Below are positions 43,367 through 54,697 of a DNA stretch of 64,000 nt, piece after piece (within the stretch, counting starts at the first letter, position 1; the number at the start of each line of letters is the position of its first letter). The translations under genes were made by a program, and so were the position numbers. Source of the DNA: Schizochytrium sp. TIO01 (Eukaryota; Protista; Bigyra: Labyrinthulomycetes); assembly GCA_004764695.1 (NCBI GenBank), contig SMSO01000031.1:9654761-9718760 (forward strand), in the 5' to 3' direction. Under the pieces are notes generated by a model. It ran no database searches. It worked only from the letters and a program-made list of their open reading frames with translations, and was not told the DNA's origin.

Positions 43367-45170
43367 GCTTGTAGCATTTGCCACTCTGCAAAGTGCTACT
43401 CATAGAAATGCACTATTTTGTAATAGAAAAATACTGTACCTCCATTTTATCGACCATTTGTATGTATGAATAATCAATCAGATCAATTCAAGAATATTCT
43501 ATTTTTTATCACAAGACTATTGAGTACGAAAGTCACCTATGATTTTACTTAATTAATGCACATTAAAATTTACAGATTACACTTTATTACCATTTTAAAA
43601 GGGCATTTCTAATATACAACATGCGCCTGCATCATTATTCAATTGTTTGTTTGTTTGTTTGTTTGAAAACGTTGCGCAACGAAGAGTCAGGCGAAACATG
43701 ATTCTAAAATGGAGATCGACAAGCTCGACCATAAGCTCGGAAAAAAGACCCTAATTTTCCGTTAGTCATTTTGGTCCTGTGAATTTCAGCTCTGACCAGT
43801 GGTGAATCGATATCCTGATTTTCAATCGTTTGATTTTTCATGTAAAATAACTTGATACCAAACTTCGCCCGGAAGCCGCTTACGAAGCGCTCCATTCTGG
43901 AGTCTTTGAGGAAGAAAGTCCCTTCAAAACAATGATATAGCAGTATACGGGGAGGGGTGTTTAACACCAGTAGAAACAACCAAGAACATGAAACTGAATA
44001 GCAGAAACGGGTAGTCACAGAACCGACTCAATATTACAATTGTTTTATTTATTTGGACGTTCAGTTGACCCTCTTCAAATAAATGCAGCGGATATTGCTA
44101 TCTTCGTTCACAACAATTTACCAAAAATCCATATTGTCATGCGCGAATCTAGCGCCTCAAATCTTGTACAGTCTTGTGGTACAGTGAATATGAGCCTCTA
44201 TACCAGCCTTGCTTCTCTGAACTAAACGCAGCGAGCGGGTCTCCACACTGTTCGATTGCCAGAACTATCAGATTGAACCCTCTATTGATTCCGTGTACTG
44301 CGATGCGCGTTCCCTGGAGCTCCTTTTGTTTCGCATACAATACCATTCTTGTAGTCAAGCCGTCTGCTAGACTTGTGGACCCCTCACGCAGCCTTCACAA
44401 AACGGTTTAAATCTTATGGACTTTCCTCAACTATGTCTCTTTACCACCTGTCGACACAAGTGTTTGGACAGGTTTTAACCTTGCAATAACCCTCTATGCT
44501 GTAGCCATAGGAACAAAACCAGCCCAAGAATATGTTTCACAACATAGTGACACCAAGCACTTCGCAGCAATGTTCTTATACCAATCATCAGTTCCACAAG
44601 AAGTGGCGTAGAACATTTCTTATGCGATCCTTGCTCAGAAATCACATGAACTCTATAGGTTTATATCTTCTTCACGCGAGTTCGCTTTGTAAGATTAGCG
44701 AGGGCCAAGCCTTGACCACGTTAATTTAAAACTTCACTAGCGCTTTAAGAATGGCATTTCGAAAGGACGGCGCTGATAAGTTTGTTTTATTCCCTTTCCA
44801 GGGGGGTGAAGCCTGCTAGAAGGTTTGAATCCACCATGTCTTGACATCACCCTAGTAAAACTTTCATACATCTGTTCCGGAATCTATTCAAATTACAGGT
44901 ATTACCTTTTGTCTCTGGTCTAAAATTCTACTTTAAAATCGAAGCTCATTGTTTTAGCATAAGACAGACTTCAGACCAGTGGACAACTACTAAAAATTGT
45001 TAATGGGAATTAAAGTGGGGATTAAGACGACTCCGCAATAGGTAAAATCAACTATTTCATTATCATGGCCATCTGATTTTCTCTTTTGCAGAGCGAAGCA
45101 GCGAGAAGTAGCTTAGCTTCACTGCTAGCGAACCCTTGGGGGCTTACAGACTCCAAAATATTGATGATAG

Positions 45171-46151
45171 CTATGGTAAGATTTCGTTCTTACCACTTGT
45201 TCGGGGATAACTGTAATTAGAGGAAGCGACTTTAGAAAGAACAGTCCTTGACTTGCCTCTCCATGCAGATTCTGTTATTTTAATTAAGCAGAAAAGATTT
45301 ACCCCTGAGTCTACAGGCGTTAAAGTCCAATTTAGTAAATAGTAGCTATACGAATAACTATCAACTTTTTTCAGGTATTCGTATATCGTTACGATGACAA
45401 GGAAAACAAATGAACTAACAATAGCAATTGTGCTCCACTTCAAATTTTTTCTAGCTGCCTCCCTCAGACGATTAAAGCTTTGATTTTCGCTTGCATTTTG
45501 AAAGAGAAGAAGATTCTTGTACACAGGAATAAGAAAAAGAAGAAGAAATGCGATATAAGTGTTTGTCGTAGCCATGGTAAAAATTATCGTCACCCACCAC
45601 GGCAGAATTGCAATGTATGTACATGTTAGATTAGGGAAAAGGCGACCGTGCATGATCAACATAAGAACCCAAGCAAAGGCAATTCCACCTATCGTGCCCC
45701 ATTTGGCAACAAAGCTGGATATTTTGAGCACCGAGGTCTTTTCTAAGCTTCCTGTGCCCACTTTAGAACGTTGTAAGAAAATCAAATTGGCGACACCGTA
45801 GGAAAGGACTTGAAAGAAAGGGACCAATGGGGCGAGTATATTACAAAGGTTAAAATGTTCGTACGGCACCTCAATTATCGAGAGAATAAATATAGTCAAG
45901 TTTGTGATGAGAACACAGAGGATGTGTAGAAATAACAGCTTCAATACGTAGAGCTGAGCAGGAGCTCGGCTTACATGCCGCTTGAAAAACACCACGTAAA
46001 GAGCAAAGCTCAAACTACATATTACGAAAACGCCGCTTCCAAATGTCTGTACGAGGTGGAAAACATGTGATGTTGCTGTTTCGTGAAAAGTTGGATCAAC
46101 AACAATTGTAGAATTCCAGTTGCGCACGACAACAGTTTCCCAAAAATCCAT
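45171..46151 (-). CDS. Seven-transmembrane, GPCR-like membrane protein
   Basis: Seven hydrophobic segments, N-terminal N-S-T sequon, Cys at the start of TM3 (FNLCNIL) and in the second outer loop (NLTCTY), Arg at the end of TM3 (IFLQRS), basic third inner loop, TM7 DSGVN. First ATG is at 46151. Confidence 0.72.
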   Translation of the reverse strand: MDFWETVVVRNWNSTIVVDPTFHETATSHVFHLVQTFGSGVFVICSLSFALYVVFFKRHVSRAPAQLYVLKLLFLHILCVLITNLTIFILSIIEVPYEHFNLCNILAPLVPFFQVLSYGVANLIFLQRSKVGTGSLEKTSVLKISSFVAKWGTIGGIAFAWVLMLIMHGRLFPNLTCTYIAILPWWVTIIFTMATTNTYIAFLLLFLIPVYKNLLLFQNASENQSFNRLREAARKNLKWSTIAIVSSFVFLVIVTIYEYLKKVDSYSYSYYLLNWTLTPVDSGVNLFCLIKITESAWRGKSRTVLSKVASSNYSYPRTSGKNEILP

Positions 46152-48111
46152 GGTTTTCTCCAAGATTCTGAGCTGTATACCCTAGAAAGAATTTCGCATA
46201 CATTACCTTGGCTCTGCCTTGACCCTAAGCAAAAACACAGGGTAGTTGGCCTACTGCATCAGTAAATGTTGAAGAAACAGCAATGCTCCTGAATGCTCTT
46301 GACCAGATCTTAAGTTCACTCATGTACAGAACAAGTTTGAAGTTTGGTTACTCGAATAAGCTTTCAGATCAATCATTTTATTTACGTTCCTAGGACTGCA
46401 AGAGTTTTAGCTAATATATTCGAATACACCGTAAGGTTTACATTGATTGACATGGCAAAACGACAATTTTTCTTAATAAGATAAGGCCTAGTGATGAGCA
46501 TACACAAATTTAGGGTTCATGTGCTCGAGATGAAAGGCATGTCTCCACTCTTCCCTCACTATCTTTGGAATGTGCTTTTTCAGTTCCGTTTGATTTTTTA
46601 AAAATTAAAAAATGAAATCATAACCTGCTACTAGTCAGAGAAGCGAGCTAACTTTCGGAGCACTCGAACTTGCCAGTCTGCAACGACCGGGGTGATTGTC
46701 TGAAGACTTCAAAGCTCTGCTTTAAAACTGAAATACTACCGCGTATCAATTTGGGCAGGGATATATTTGTTTGGTCTCTAATAGTTGTGCACAGACGCGG
46801 CAAAAACAAATGAAGTGCTGTAACGCATTCTTTCTGATTTTACTAGATAGCCAAAAGAAAAAGGTTTAAAGCTTTCAACAATTCGTTGTTGGTTCCTAGT
46901 AAGATAACACAGATAGTTGCACTGACGCTACTGACAGCACAGTAGTAGATTCGTAACTTCCAACCCTCTTTTTTATTATTTCTATTTTTTATAATGTTCT
47001 TTCTGAGTTCAAACGGCTAAAAGTCAAAATCTCAAACAAAAATAGGAGAGTTCATGTATAAGTACTCTCAAATACTAGTATTTTATCCTCCAGGGAATCG
47101 AGTTTATTCCATCGATGCCGCGATACCAGTAGGCAGTACATAAGCGTTCATGTGTTTTTATCTGAAATGCACTTCCTAGTACATCTTCCATGAGGTCAGA
47201 AAAGAAAACTCGCAGGGGGGAGAGAGAACACTTGAGGAAATAGGCAGAAATATAGGGCAAAACGTTCTAATTCTCGCAAAGTTGAGGTTCGTATGCATCG
47301 CTCTTGTGAATAAGTTGGAATCAATAGACTAGCTGCGAGTAAAACATCTAGAAGGAAAGTTGGGCGCTATATGTATGGATTTGTCAACCGAAGAGTCTAG
47401 AAAAAACACAATTGGAAAATGCTACTATTTTGCTTGTGAACTCTACATAGCAAATCTTCGGTTATGTGAAGTAAGGAGAATATAGCTCAATGGTTTTGCT
47501 ACAACATCACATGTTTGAGTAAACTAGCCAGGTATCAAGAGGCCAAAATATCATGATGAACTGACTATTGGTTAGTTTAGAACAGAATACAGAATTATTA
47601 AACAGAATACTGTTCTAGAACGTTTCATCTACCCCCTACGCTAACTCATCGTCGTTCTAAGCGCAAGTTTTTTTGCTGAGTTGGAAGAAAAACTTTTGTC
47701 AGTCTACTGTTCATTTTCACTGTGACTATCGCTATAGAGAGAAATGGGTTAAAATCTTTTTAATTAACAACTTATCCACTGACCCTGGCAGTAGTAATAG
47801 AAACAATTACTGAAAAGTGAAAGCAATAGCCGCAAGATATTATCGTGGATTTCGACTATCATAGAGCTTCGCGAAACTTAGAATACAATTTGAATACTAC
47901 TAGGTACCCAAAATTCCTGAAAGTGTCAAACATTGTGTCTATTTGCTCACCTGTTAAAAAAGAGGTAGGTTGGGTACAGCAAGCTAATCTCTCGATTGAA
48001 CTCTAAAAATAAATAACATACTGCACTTTAGACGCAAGACTGCATATTACTATGCAAAATTTGATTAGCTTCAGGATAAGTATATAAGTATGGTACATGT
48101 GCAAAATTTGA

Positions 48112-49463
48112 TTAGGTTTCAAGATGGACACCCTTCTTTTCGGCCCACTCTGTCAGTCGCAGCAATACAGAAGAACGAGCACGAGAGTATGCAATATGCG
48201 GAAGCGGCGCAACCTCCCAAGTAACGTAATAGCTTGGAGTCGGATTCCGCAGACGCTTGCCGGGGACATGCATATCGAGACGCTGTACCTCAGCTCCAGA
48301 GGCAAGATAAACTACTGAGCACTTTTGCACTGAAGGATCTCTTTCCACACAATTCTTAATTTCCTGAAGCATGTCCCGGTAATATACAGCGGTATGTTGA
48401 ATATGGGAACTTTGAAAATGAAGCTGGATGGAGTTTTCACGTCGATGAGCCTTTGAGTGATTGATTAAGGGCCATGCTAGAAAATCTGACCCCGGAATGT
48501 GCAAAATATTGTACCCATTTTGTTGAATAGCCACATCAATCGCGCCTATACGCAGTACCCGACCCGTGACTCCTCGAATCTGGATAATGTCTCCAATAAG
48601 AACGTCGCGGTCGACGAGTAATGTAATACTGCCGATGACATCGCGCAGTAAGGAGACGGTCCCAAGTATAATAGCAATGCCCACAAATGAATCAAAGAGT
48701 GATGAAACAGCCTCTCCAAGTTCTGGGGCACGATGTAGATATGCAAGAAAGTTGATTATTCCTAGTACAATTGACACAACAATCACAATAAAAGGTAGGA
48801 CACTTCGCAGGTATTCAATCAGCAAGGGATCTCGAATTTGCTTTGCCGTAATGAAAACTGCAATGAACTCAGCGTAGCGTAATAATCGATAAATTAAATA
48901 CGGAGAAAATAGCAAAGCGACAAGTGCGAGGAGACCTGAAATTACTGAGCGGAAAGCCTCAGGAAAAAGTTTTGAAGAGAAAATCACATAGACCCACAAT
49001 ATATACAATAGAATTCTCGTGGGCTGCGACAATAGCCTGATACCCTTCCTGTAGCAAAGCACCAGGACAGCTTATTCTTTAGGTCAATAATCCAGAATTT
49101 CAATTCGGTACAATAATATCACAAGTATTCTTCTCACAGCTTTAAACAATGTAAGTTGGCGATGTTGAGCGCATGTGTCTTTCACATCAAAAGATGGCGC
49201 TACATGCGATCTCAGCCTGATCCAAAATACTTTGCATGTGGTAACTTTTTTCTCGCTTCATTACCCCATCATTCAGTCTTCAGCCCCTACTCCAGGCAAC
49301 TCTGAACGTACCTCGTGAGAATAGTTGCGACCCGAGAGTCTTCCGCCAGCGTTGAGACCAGCGACACAATGAAGCCATGCTGGGCACGGACAGTGAAGAA
49401 GCCAGCGATGCCGCCTCCCAAGACCACCCAGCTGGTCACCGAGACGTCTGATTCCTCGCTCAT
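48112..49463 (-). CDS. MscS-family small-conductance mechanosensitive channel, predicted three exons
   Basis: MscS core LLRDVIGSITLLVDRDVLIGDIIQIRGVTGRVLRIG...HIPGSDF...INHS. Phase-consistent exons 49463-49312, 49216-49112 and 49048-48112 are joined by GT-AG introns 49311-49217 and 49111-49049. The family call is firm; the exon model is inferred. Confidence 0.8.
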
Positions 49464-49810
49464 GTCGTCACGAGCGATTCGATCCTAGGTCTGCTCGTGA
49501 CCCTTGAGATTAATTAAATTGGTCTGGTCTAGATGTTTTTGATCTTCATTGACCAATCTCGTCTTTAAGTTAGATGTCTGCAAATGAATTGTTTCCCTTT
49601 ATCCCGCTTTCCGGTCTACACTTTAAAGTATAACAAACTGCCCACAAGTCGGATATCCAATTGCACTCTCTCCAAATAATTCCTATCCGACAATTTGTCG
49701 ATTTTTTAATTTGATGATCAATGGATTTTAGCGCTCGGCAGACCACGATCGAGAAGGGAGCTCGCCCCAGGTGCCGCTCTGTACTAGGTGCAACTTAGCT
49801 TTTGGTGGAG

Positions 49811-50596
49811 ATGCCAGCACGAAAGAAGGTGAAGCTGGAGGAGGTGCCAGAAGTCATATCGAGCGACGACGATGCGCTTCGTGGCGACACTCATGGCGGC
49901 CAAAACGACGGCGACGCGAGCGACAAGGGTGTCGAAAGTGGCCAAGTCACCAAGGGCGAAACTCTATCTGGCCGCGAAGAAAGCTCTAAAGAAGAGAATG
50001 CGGATGACCAAGGACATGGAAGTGGCACCGAAGAGGCGAAGAAAGATAGCGATGGTGCTGACCACAACGATGAAGATGACGACGCGGACAGCGATGATGA
50101 CGGGATTGAGCTCGTTTTAAGAGGCGCTGAAGAGCTAGGGCAGCTCACAGAAAACCCTTATGCCGAGGAGGACGAAGCTGGAGCTGGAGGGTCTCAGGAC
50201 GGCGGCGAGGATGGAAAGGATGGCAATATCGACGGGGAGAATGGCCAGCACGATGAAGATGGTGAGGATGAAGACGACGAATACGACTCTGAGAAATTCA
50301 AATTTAGCCATGGAAATAAACGAAAGAGGTACCCGAAGCTTCCAGGAAGGGCTGGTACGATCAATGCGGAGAACTACACACAGTTTCACTCGGAGCTTGG
50401 TAAACGTAACACCCCGTTCGAAGTTGACCTCTCGCAGATGGTCGACAAGCCGTGGGCACGCCTAAACGCAAGTCTAGATGACTTCTTTAATTTTGGATTC
50501 AACGAGCAGAGCTGGAAAGAGTACGCTGCACGTCAAGTTGCCTTACGCATATATGAGCTCGACAAGTCAAAGGATGGAAATGGATCTTCTTCATGA
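49811..50596 (+). CDS. FIP1: Pre-mRNA 3'-end processing factor Fip1-like
   Basis: Fip1 motif FEVDLSQMVDKPWARLNASLDDFFNFGFNEQSWKEYAARQ, preceded by an acidic disordered region containing DSDDDGIELVL. ATG at 49811. Confidence 0.9.
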   Translation: MPARKKVKLEEVPEVISSDDDALRGDTHGGQNDGDASDKGVESGQVTKGETLSGREESSKEENADDQGHGSGTEEAKKDSDGADHNDEDDDADSDDDGIELVLRGAEELGQLTENPYAEEDEAGAGGSQDGGEDGKDGNIDGENGQHDEDGEDEDDEYDSEKFKFSHGNKRKRYPKLPGRAGTINAENYTQFHSELGKRNTPFEVDLSQMVDKPWARLNASLDDFFNFGFNEQSWKEYAARQVALRIYELDKSKDGNGSSS

Positions 50597-51365
50597 GTTT
50601 GTGATTCATTCATCCTACCGCGCAGCTTGGAGTAAAGACAGGATCAGTCATCGAACCAAAAAGGCTCACTATTTAAACTTACAGGTGCCCTGGATCTAGG
50701 TGACAAGAAAGCTTAAAGCTGTGTTTCAAATAGCTTTCTCTTTTGAAGGCTGACAATCAAATCGCATTATCACAATATTCGATGCATCTATTGTACAGAG
50801 CACCCCACTTCAAGTTAAGCCCGACTTTACTTACTATCAGTAAACAACATGCTAAGGCTAATTATCCCAACCGAAGGCACCCATAAGAGATTTCCTGTTC
50901 CTCAACAACTCGAGCCTTCCTTTGTACCTTTCAGTTCCTTCATCTTCCGTTCCTAAATGTTCTTTTTTGCTTATTTTTCTATCAACTTAATAATACGTTA
51001 TAATTTTCTAAAGGTAACAATAGCGTTTGCACACGATGTTCAACTACACCCTAACTGAATGAATCGAATCAGATTCAACATTGCCTCCACGCTTATACAT
51101 CAATTCAATACAAGCACACACAGCTACAACATCTGAGTCTTCCCTTCGAAAACAATCTTTTTATTAAACTCTCGTTCATGAGAACCTTCTCAACAACAAT
51201 GTCGCTAACGATCGTCTACCAGTCCTTTTTACCCGCACCACATTTATTAGATTATATCTAAAGAAAACCAACAGACTATCATCTACCCTTCAACACATAA
51301 CTTTTGCCCTTGTATAAGCATAATATAATACTCAGACATGAACCCTGATGAAATTTTACATCCTG

Positions 51366-54247
51366 GCTCACCCCTTACCGTTTCCAGTCTCTGGCAGTGT
51401 CATCCCCATCATCAATTTTTTGTCTCTAGATGTCATTACCTCGAACCACGGCTCATCTGATTTGTAACACCAATGTCTTGCCTATATACCTTGCATTCAA
51501 TACAATTTCGTGTGAAAAAATAAAACAAATTAAACTTTGCACCCTGAAGCCGCTGTACGCTCTCAAGAAAATCTCAATCATAAAAACAAAAAGCAATGAG
51601 TATCGAATTCGAGCTCGAGGTACAGTGTTAATATAGGCTATAGCTCTCCCCTAACCTTTTTCAGTCTCTGGCAGTGTCATCCCCATCATCAATTTTTTGT
51701 CTCTAGATGTCATCACCTCGAACCACGGCTCATCTGATTTGTAACACCAATGTCTTGCCTATATACCTTGCATTCAATATAATTTCGTGTGAAAAAATAA
51801 AACAAATTAAACTTTGCACCCTGAAGCCGCTGTACGCTCTCAGGAAAATCTCAATCAAAAAAACAAAAAGCAATGAGTATCGAATTCGAGCTCGAGGTAC
51901 AGTGTTAATATAGGCTATAGCTTACCCCTAACCTTTTCCAGTCTCTGGCAGTGTCATCCCCATCATCAATTTTTTGTCTCTAGATGTCATCACCTCGAAC
52001 CACGGCTCATCTGATTTGTAACACCAATGTCTTGCCTATATACCTTGCGTTCAATAAAATTTCGTGTGAAAAAATAAAACAAATTAAACTTTGCACCCTG
52101 AAGCCGCTGTACGCTCTCAGGAAAATCTCAATCAAAAAAACAAAAAGCAATGAGCATCGAATTCGAGCTCGAGGTACAGTGCTAATATAGGCTCTAGCTC
52201 TCCCCCGACTGTCTCCAGTCTTTGGCAGTAAGATCCCCATATAAATCTTTTGACTCTAGATGTCATTACCTCGAACCACGGCTCATCTGATTTGTAACAC
52301 CAATGTCTTGCCTATATACCTTGCATTCAATATAATTTCGTGTGAAAAAATAAAACATATTAAACTTTGCACCCTGAAGCCGCTGTACGCTCTCAGGAAA
52401 ATCTCAATCAAAAAAACAAAAAGCAATGAGTATCGAATTCGAGCTCGAGGTACAGTGTTACTATAGGCTGTAGCTCTCCCCTAACCTTTTTCAGTCTCTG
52501 GGAGTGCCATCCCCATCATCAATTTTTTGTCTCTAGATGTCATTACCTCGAACCACGGCTCATCTGATTTGTAACACCAATGTCTTGCCTATATACCTTG
52601 CATTCAATACAATTTCGTGTGAAAAAATAAAACAAATTAAACTTTGCACCCTGAAGCCGCTGTACGCTCTCAGAAAAATCTTAATCAAAAAAACAAAAAG
52701 CAATGAGTATCGAATTCGAGCTCGAGGTACAGTGTTAATATAGGCTATAGCTTACCCCTAACCTTTTCCAGTCTCTGGCAGTGTCATCGCCATCATCAAT
52801 TTTTTGTCTCTAGATGTCATCACCTCGAACCACGGCTCATCTGATTTGTAACACCAATGTCTTGCCTATATACCTTGCATTCAATAAAGTTTCGTGTGAA
52901 AAAATAAAACATATTAAACTTTGCACAGCCTCTGGACGCTCTCAAGAAAATCTCAATCAAAAAAACAAAAAGCAATGAGTATCGAATTCGAGCTCGAGGT
53001 ACAGTGTTACTATAGGCTGTAGCTCTCCCCTAACAGTCTCCAGTCTCTGGCAGTGTCATCCCCATCATCAATTTTTTGTCTCTAGATGTCATTACCTCGA
53101 ACCACGGCTCATCTGATTTGTAACACCAATGTCTTGCCTATATACCTTGCGTTCAATAAAATTTCGTGTGAAAAAATTAAACAAATTAAACTTTGCACCC
53201 TGAAGCCGCTGTACGCTCTCAGGAAAATCTCAATCAAAAAAACAAAAAGCAATGAGCATCGAATTCGAGCTCGAGGTACAGTGTTACTATAGGCTCTAGC
53301 TCTCCCCCGACTGTCTCCAGTCTTTGGCAGTAAGATCCCCATATAAATCTTTTGACTCTAGATGTCATTACCTCGAACCACGGCTCATCTGATTTGTAAC
53401 ACCAATGTCTTGCCTATATACCTTGCATTCAATACAATTTCGTGTGAAAAAATAAAACAAGTTAAACTTGGCACAGCCTCTGTACGCTCTCAGGAAAATC
53501 TCAATCAAAAAAACAAAAAGCAATGAGCATCGAATTCGAGCTCGAGGTACAGTGCTAATATAGGCTCTAGCTCTCCCCCGACTGTCTCCAGTCTTTGGCA
53601 GTAAGATCCCCATATAAATCTTTTGACTCTAGATGTCATTACCTCGAACCACGGCTCATCTGATTTGTAACACCAATGTCTTGCCTATATACCTTGCATT
53701 CAATATAATTTCGTGTGAAAAAATAAAACATATTAAACTTAGCACCCTGAAGCCGCTGTACGCTCTCAGGAAAATCTCAATCAAAAAAACAAAAAGCAAT
53801 GAGTATCGAATTCGAGCTCGAGGTACAGTGTTACTATAGGCTGTAGCTCTCCCCTAACCTTTTCCAGTCTCTGGCAGTGTCATCCCCATCATCAATTTTT
53901 TGTCTCTAGATGTCATTACCTCGAACCACGGCTCATCTGATTTGTAACACCAATGTCTTGCCTATATACCTTGCATTCAATACAATTTCGTGTGAAAAAA
54001 TAAAACAAATTAAACTTTGCACCCTGAAGCCGCTGTACGCTCTCAGGAAAATCTCAATCAAAAAAACAAAAAGCAATGAGCATCGAATTCGAGCTCGAGG
54101 TACAGTGTTAATATAGGCTCTAGCTCTCCCCCGACTGTCTCCAGTCTTTGGCAGTAAGATCCCCATATAAATCTTTTGACTCTAGATGTCATTACCTCGA
54201 ACCACGGCTCATCTGATTTGTAACACCAATGTCTTGCATATATACCT
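51366..54247. repeat. Tandem array (satellite) of a ~277-bp unit: 10 full copies plus partial ends
   Basis: The ATG of the TCTAGATG anchor recurs at 51430, 51707, 51984, 52260, 52537, 52814, 53086, 53362, 53633, 53910 and 54186. Spacings are 277, 277, 276, 277, 277, 272, 276, 271, 277 and 276. Confidence 0.98.
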
Positions 54248-54697
54248 CAGGGAGGAATGTGAGTTTTTTAAAAGAGAGCATCAATAAGGTCTTCGAATGG
54301 GTAAACGTGAAGATCACGAGAAGAATTTCATGGGAACTATATTAATTTATGATGGTCGAATGATGGATTGATACACCGGTTGAGAAAGTGCTGCATTCAA
54401 CCAAAGTAATGTTAGGATATAGGAGATGCGATGCACTGCAAAAAAACTTTAACAGTCTTCTTTCAGAGACGGCATTTAAAGAGAAGTATTATCCTGGGAT
54501 AAGAGTTCACTATTTAATCTTTAAAAAGTTTATTTATAAAAGAAACAAAAAGAATCAACAGAACACGTGAAAAAATGATGAGATCTCCATGGTTCTTCCG
54601 TCGTTTGACTTGGTCAACCCATCTTCTTTTCTGGCGACTTTAAAGTAAATGACTAGCTAGGAATATATACCAAAATTAGGCTTTTCCTCCTGAAATC

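Noticed and set aside
43700-44840. Fragmentary minus-strand ORFs, possible pseudogene or transposon remnant
   Set aside because: Multiple stops and no transposase, RT or other recognisable motif.
51604-51622. GAATTCGAGCTCG(AG)GTAC resembles the pUC EcoRI-SacI-KpnI polylinker (possible vector contamination)
   Set aside because: Only 13 bp match, KpnI is not intact, there is no flanking vector sequence, and it sits in naturally diverging repeat units.
51648-51657. CCCTAA telomere-like hexamer in type A units
   Set aside because: One copy per unit and absent from type B; no tandem telomeric tract.
51366-54247. CRISPR array or tandem 68-aa/77-aa protein genes
   Set aside because: The units are 271-277 bp with no unique spacers and no cas genes nearby. 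The small ORFs are broken by indels in some units and have no recognisable domain.
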